From Cereibacter sphaeroides 2.4.1 (GTDB lineage: Bacteria; Pseudomonadota; Alphaproteobacteria; Rhodobacterales; Rhodobacteraceae): a stretch of 32,000 bases of DNA. Below, piece after piece: positions 27,863 to 32,000 of the stretch (positions are counted from its first letter, which is position 1; every line of letters begins with the position of its first letter). The stretch spans positions 1,140,001 to 1,172,000 of the forward strand of contig NC_007493.2 in assembly GCF_000012905.2 (NCBI RefSeq). Reading direction: 5' to 3'. The notes beneath the pieces were generated by a model. The model searched no databases and was not told the DNA's origin. It saw only the letters and a program-made list of their open reading frames with translations. A program made the translations under genes and the position numbers.

Positions 27863-28269
27863 GCGACGAGCTGGCGAAGATGTTCAAGGCGATGATCGAG
27901 CAGGGCCAGGAGATGGCCCGCTCGTTCAATCCGGCCCTTGAGCATTTCCAGGTGAAGGACTTCGAGAAGCTCATCCCCACCATGCCCAAGGACGTGATGG
28001 AGATGTGGTTCGGCAAGACCTTCAACCGGGAAGGGCTGGATGCCAAGACCCGGCTTCTGGTCACGCTGGCTGCCCTCACCGTGCTCGGCGCCCATGCCGA
28101 GCCTCAGATCCGGCTCACGATCCGCCATGCTCTGGCGGCGGGGGCCACCAAGCGCGAGATCGCCGAGGTGATCTGGCAGATGAGCCTATTCGGCGGCGTG
28201 CCCGCCATGCAGAAGGCGCTGGACGTGGCCCAGAGCGTCTTTGCCGAGTTCGAGGAGACAGACGAATGA
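27859..28269 (+). CDS. Carboxymuconolactone decarboxylase (CMD/AhpD-like fold) family protein embedded between nuoI and nuoJ
   Basis: ATGA overlaps at both ends (with the nuoI stop and the nuoJ start). [19 protein letters not shown]...[29 protein letters not shown] matches the CMD-domain pattern. The protein has no Cys at all, so no AhpD-type CxxC. Confidence 0.7.
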   Translation: MSDELAKMFKAMIEQGQEMARSFNPALEHFQVKDFEKLIPTMPKDVMEMWFGKTFNREGLDAKTRLLVTLAALTVLGAHAEPQIRLTIRHALAAGATKREIAEVIWQMSLFGGVPAMQKALDVAQSVFAEFEETDE

Positions 28270-28880
28270 GTGTCGCCGACGTGGCCTTCTACTGTTTCGC
28301 CGTGCCCGCGGTCTTCGCCGCGCTCATGGTGGTGACGCAGCGCAACATGGTTCATGCCGTGCTGTGGCTGATCCTCGTCTTCCTGAGCTCTGCCGGGATG
28401 TTCGTGCTGCTGGGCGCCGAGTTCGTGGCGATGCTGCTGGTGATCGTCTATGTCGGCGCGGTGGCGGTGCTGTTCCTCTTCGTCGTCATGATGCTCGACG
28501 TCGACTTCGAGGCGCTGAAGTCCGAGGTGGTGCGCTACATGCCGGTGGCCGCGCTGATGGGGATCGTGATCCTGCTGCAGCTCTCGATGGGGATCGGCGC
28601 CTGGGTCACGGCCGACGGCGCGCCGGCGATGCGTCAGGCGGTGACGCCCGACCCGAACCAGATCGAGAACAGCCGCGCGCTCGGCCTGCTGATCTACGAC
28701 AAGTATCTCTACCTCTTCCAGACCGCGGGGCTGATCCTGCTCGTGGCCATGGTGGGGGCGATCCTGCTCACGCTGCGCGAGCGCCGCGACGTCAAGCGCC
28801 AGAACGTGCTGGCGCAGATGTGGCGCGATCCCGCGAAGGCGATGGAGCTGAAGGACGTGAAGCCGGGTCAGGGCCTCTGA
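28266..28880 (+). CDS. nuoJ: NADH-quinone oxidoreductase subunit J
   Basis: [13 protein letters not shown]...[13 protein letters not shown]...[17 protein letters not shown]. 204 aa. Confidence 0.92.
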   Translation: MSVADVAFYCFAVPAVFAALMVVTQRNMVHAVLWLILVFLSSAGMFVLLGAEFVAMLLVIVYVGAVAVLFLFVVMMLDVDFEALKSEVVRYMPVAALMGIVILLQLSMGIGAWVTADGAPAMRQAVTPDPNQIENSRALGLLIYDKYLYLFQTAGLILLVAMVGAILLTLRERRDVKRQNVLAQMWRDPAKAMELKDVKPGQGL

Positions 28881-28927
28881 GCCTACGCCGGACCGGGCTC
28901 CGCGGAGCCTGAACAACAGACCGTGGT

Positions 28928-28998
28928 GCGGACCCGTCGCAGGGTCTGCGGGCGGAAGACCCGGGGGTCGAGGTCTGCGCTGTGCGCGGACCGGTCGC
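28928..28998 (+). repeat. Structured repeat block in the nuoJ-nuoK spacer
   Basis: Direct repeats: GCGGACCCGTCGC (28928-40) / GCGGACCGGTCGC (28986-98), and GGTCTGCG (28943-50 / 28972-79). They form hairpins 28928-49 and 28972-92, each with one G-U pair. An alternative pairing joins GGGTCT (28942-47) to AGACCC (28957-62). Confidence 0.6.
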
Positions 28999-29039
28999 CG
29001 GGACGAGGAAAAGACGGGCGGTGAGCCGGAGGGACGAGA

Positions 29040-29345
29040 ATGGTGGGACTTGAGCATTATCTGACGGTATCGGCCGCGCTGCTGGTGATCGGGATCTTCG
29101 GCATCTTCCTGAACCGGAAGAACGTGATCGTGATCCTGATGTCCATCGAGCTCATGCTGCTCGCGGTGAACATCAACCTCGTGGCCTTCTCGAGCTTCCT
29201 CGGCGACCTGACGGGGCAGGTGTTCACACTGTTCGTGCTGACCGTGGCCGCGGCCGAGGCCGCCATCGGGCTCGCGATCCTCGTCACCTTCTTCCGCAAC
29301 CGCGGCACCATCGACGTCGAAGACGTCAACGTGATGAAGGGCTGA
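29040..29345 (+). CDS. nuoK: NADH-quinone oxidoreductase subunit K
   Basis: SD GGAGGGA. 101 aa, three helices, [18 protein letters not shown] motif. Confidence 0.93.
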   Translation: MVGLEHYLTVSAALLVIGIFGIFLNRKNVIVILMSIELMLLAVNINLVAFSSFLGDLTGQVFTLFVLTVAAAEAAIGLAILVTFFRNRGTIDVEDVNVMKG

Positions 29346-29350
29346 GGCAC

Positions 29351-31513
29351 ATGGCAACGATCATCCTCCTGGCGCCGCTTCTCGGCGCCCTGATCTGCGG
29401 CTTCGGCTGGCGCCTCATCGGCGAGCGGGCAGGGCAGGTCATCGCGACCGCGCTCGTCTTCCTCGCCGCGCTGCTCTCCTGGATCATCTTCCTCGGCTTC
29501 GACGGCGAGATGTATCAGGTCGTGCTGCTGCGCTGGATCGAGAGCGGCTCGCTTTCGACCGAATGGGCGATCCGCGTGGACAGGCTCACGGCCATCATGC
29601 TGGTCGTGGTGAACACGGTCTCGGCGCTCGTGCACCTCTATTCCTTCGGCTACATGGCGCACGACGACAACTGGAACCACCACGAGCACTACAAGGCGCG
29701 CTTCTTCGCCTATCTCTCGTTCTTCACCTTCGCCATGCTCACGCTGGTGACGTCGGACAACCTCGTGCAGATGTTCTTCGGCTGGGAAGGCGTGGGCGTG
29801 GCCTCCTACCTGCTCATCGGCTTCTACTATCGCAAGCCCTCGGCCAACGCCGCCGCGATCAAGGCCTTCGTCGTGAACCGCGTGGGCGACTTCGGCTTCG
29901 CGCTCGGCATCATGGCTCTGTTCTTCCTCGTGGATTCGATCCGCTTCGACGATGTGTTCGCGGCCGGCCCCGAGCTTGCGCAGACGAACCTCACCTTCCT
30001 CTGGACGGAATGGAACGCGGCCAACCTGATCGGCGTCCTCCTCTTCATCGGCGCCATGGGCAAGTCGGCCCAGCTCGGCCTGCACACCTGGCTACCCGAC
30101 GCGATGGAAGGTCCGACCCCGGTGTCCGCGCTGATCCACGCCGCCACCATGGTGACCGCAGGCGTGTTCCTCGTCTGCCGCATGTCGCCGCTCTACGAAT
30201 TCGCGCCCGACGCCAAGACCATGATCGTGGTCGTCGGCGCCACCACGGCCTTCTTCGCGGCCACCGTGGGCCTCGTGCAGAACGACATCAAGCGCGTGAT
30301 CGCCTATTCGACCTGCTCGCAGCTCGGCTACATGTTCGTGGCGGCGGGCGTGGGCGTCTATTCGGCGGCCATGTTCCACCTCTTCACGCACGCCTTCTTC
30401 AAGGCGATGCTGTTCCTCGGCGCGGGCTCGGTCATCCATGCGATGCACCACGAGCAGGACATGCGGAACTACGGCGGCCTCCGCTCGAAGATCCCGCTGA
30501 CCTTCTGGGCCATGATGATCGGCACGCTCGCCATCACCGGCGTGGGCATCCCGCTGACCCATATCGGCTTCGCGGGCTTCCTGTCGAAGGACGCGATCAT
30601 CGAGAGCGCCTGGGTCGGCTCGGGCTATGCCTTCTGGCTTCTGGTCGTGGCGGCCTGCTTCACCAGCTTCTATTCCTGGCGGCTCATCTTCCTGACCTTC
30701 TTCGGCAAGGAGCGGGGCGACCATCACGCCCATGACCATGCCCACGAGAGCCCGACCGTCATGCTGATCCCGCTCGGGGTTCTGGCGCTCGGCGCGGCCT
30801 TCTCGGGGATGATCTGGTACAATTCCTTCTTCGGAGACCATAACAAGGTCGCGACCTGGTTCGGCATCCCGCATCATGCGGAAGCCTCGGAAGAGGGCGA
30901 GTCCCACGCCGAAGCGGCGGCCGATCATGCGGCCGAGCCGGCGGCCGGGGCGACCGTCACCGCCGACGAGGCGCTGCCCGAGGCGGGCAACCTGGCCGGT
31001 GCCGGCGAGGCGCCGGAGCCGGGCGAGGCGGAAGCCCATGCAGAGGTGGCAGCCCTTGGCCCGATCGGCGCCATCTACATGGGCCCCGAGAACCATGTCA
31101 TGGACGAGGCGCACCACGCCCCGGTCTGGGTCAAGGTCTCGCCCTTCGTCGCGATGCTGATCGGCTTCGGCATGGCCTGGCTCTTCTACATCGCGAAGCC
31201 CGCCCTGCCGGCGGCCCTCGCGCGGAGCCAGCGCCCGCTCTACCTGTTCCTGCTGAACAAGTGGTATTTCGACGAGCTCTATGACGTGATCTTCGTCCGC
31301 CCGGCCCGTTTCCTCGGCCGCTTCTTCTGGAAGCGCGGCGACGGGACGGTGATCGACGGCACGATCAACGGGATCGCGCTCGGGATCATCCCGGCGCTGA
31401 CCCGGCTCGCGGGCCGCGTCCAGTCCGGCTACATCTTCCACTACGCCTTCGCCATGTTCCTCGGCATCGCGATCCTCATTACCTGGATGACGCTCACGGG
31501 GGGCGCGCACTGA
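29351..31513 (+). CDS. nuoL: NADH-quinone oxidoreductase subunit L
   Basis: [14 protein letters not shown] and [19 protein letters not shown] motifs. 720 aa, including a His/Glu/Ala-rich insert of about 58 aa. Confidence 0.94.
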   Translation: MATIILLAPLLGALICGFGWRLIGERAGQVIATALVFLAALLSWIIFLGFDGEMYQVVLLRWIESGSLSTEWAIRVDRLTAIMLVVVNTVSALVHLYSFGYMAHDDNWNHHEHYKARFFAYLSFFTFAMLTLVTSDNLVQMFFGWEGVGVASYLLIGFYYRKPSANAAAIKAFVVNRVGDFGFALGIMALFFLVDSIRFDDVFAAGPELAQTNLTFLWTEWNAANLIGVLLFIGAMGKSAQLGLHTWLPDAMEGPTPVSALIHAATMVTAGVFLVCRMSPLYEFAPDAKTMIVVVGATTAFFAATVGLVQNDIKRVIAYSTCSQLGYMFVAAGVGVYSAAMFHLFTHAFFKAMLFLGAGSVIHAMHHEQDMRNYGGLRSKIPLTFWAMMIGTLAITGVGIPLTHIGFAGFLSKDAIIESAWVGSGYAFWLLVVAACFTSFYSWRLIFLTFFGKERGDHHAHDHAHESPTVMLIPLGVLALGAAFSGMIWYNSFFGDHNKVATWFGIPHHAEASEEGESHAEAAADHAAEPAAGATVTADEALPEAGNLAGAGEAPEPGEAEAHAEVAALGPIGAIYMGPENHVMDEAHHAPVWVKVSPFVAMLIGFGMAWLFYIAKPALPAALARSQRPLYLFLLNKWYFDELYDVIFVRPARFLGRFFWKRGDGTVIDGTINGIALGIIPALTRLAGRVQSGYIFHYAFAMFLGIAILITWMTLTGGAH

Positions 31514-32000
31514 TGGAAAACCTGCTGTCGATCATCACCTTCATCCCGCTGGTGGCGGCGCTCATCATGGCGCTGTTCCTGCGGGGCGATGACGCGGCCG
31601 CGCAGCGGAACGCGAAGTGGCTGGCGCTGCTCGCCACCTCGGCGACCTTCCTCGTCTCGCTCTTCCTGCTGGCGGGCTTCGACGCGCAGGACACGGGTTT
31701 CCAGTTCGTCGAAAGCTACGACTGGATCGCGGGCCTGCAATACAAGATGGGCGTGGACGGCATCTCGATCCTCTTCGTGATGCTGACCACCTTCCTCATG
31801 CCGCTCACCATCGCCTCGGCCTGGGAGGTCGAGACGCGGGTGAAGGAATATATGATCGCCTTCCTGATCCTCGAGACGCTGATGCTGGGCGTGTTCTGCG
31901 CGCTCGATCTCGTGCTCTTCTACCTCTTCTTCGAGGCGGGGCTCATTCCGATGTTCCTCATCATCGGGATCTGGGGCGGCAAGGACCGGATCTACGCGGC
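31513..32000 (+). CDS. nuoM: NADH-quinone oxidoreductase subunit M; partial, runs off the right edge
   Basis: Its ATG overlaps the nuoL TGA (TGATG). My translation [23 protein letters not shown]...[19 protein letters not shown]...[24 protein letters not shown] matches the NuoM N-terminus. It is absent from the ORF track because there is no stop in the window. Confidence 0.9.
   Translation, partial: MENLLSIITFIPLVAALIMALFLRGDDAAAQRNAKWLALLATSATFLVSLFLLAGFDAQDTGFQFVESYDWIAGLQYKMGVDGISILFVMLTTFLMPLTIASAWEVETRVKEYMIAFLILETLMLGVFCALDLVLFYLFFEAGLIPMFLIIGIWGGKDRIYA

Noticed and set aside
28923-29024. 33-codon GTG-initiated Arg-rich ORF in the nuoJ-nuoK spacer
   Set aside because: No SD, and the composition is driven by the GC-rich repeats. 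An RNA-structure explanation fits better.

Overview
This is a high-GC alphaproteobacterial chromosomal segment. The gene order and protein sequences look Rhodobacteraceae-like (Rhodobacter/Cereibacter/Paracoccus type); that taxon call is an inference, since no search was run. From left to right the window holds: (1) the 3' end of class II ribonucleotide reductase nrdJ. (2) A SleB-like lipoprotein gene. (3) About 5 kb of decayed mobile or accessory DNA lying directly downstream of glmS. It contains an IS21-family remnant (frameshifted istB, 5'-truncated istA) butted against a 5'-truncated TniQ/TnsD-like ORF. Next comes a lower-GC non-coding stretch with a strong terminator, a perfect 14-bp palindrome and a 10-bp-phased DnaA-box-like array. 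That array sits in front of a 47-codon ORF missing from the ORF track, followed by an orphan modD with a ModE-type Mo-box. (4) glmU-glmS. (5) A gph-like HAD phosphatase and creA. (6) A leucine/isovalerate catabolic cluster: ivd, an antisense ompW, then mccB-mccA-hmgL-liuC. (7) nuoA to nuoM (partial) for respiratory complex I, with four non-nuo ORFs translationally embedded in the operon. I found no tRNA, rRNA or CRISPR array, and no complete system I can defend as new. The best leads are the function-unknown genes (plus one possible 33-codon micro-ORF) coupled into the nuo operon, the eroded TniQ-bearing block at the glmS hotspot with its DnaA-box array and small ORF, and the structured 159-nt nuoJ-nuoK spacer. 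All family assignments come from motifs I recognise in the translations. Many long ORFs in the track are antisense or out-of-frame shadows typical of high-GC DNA.
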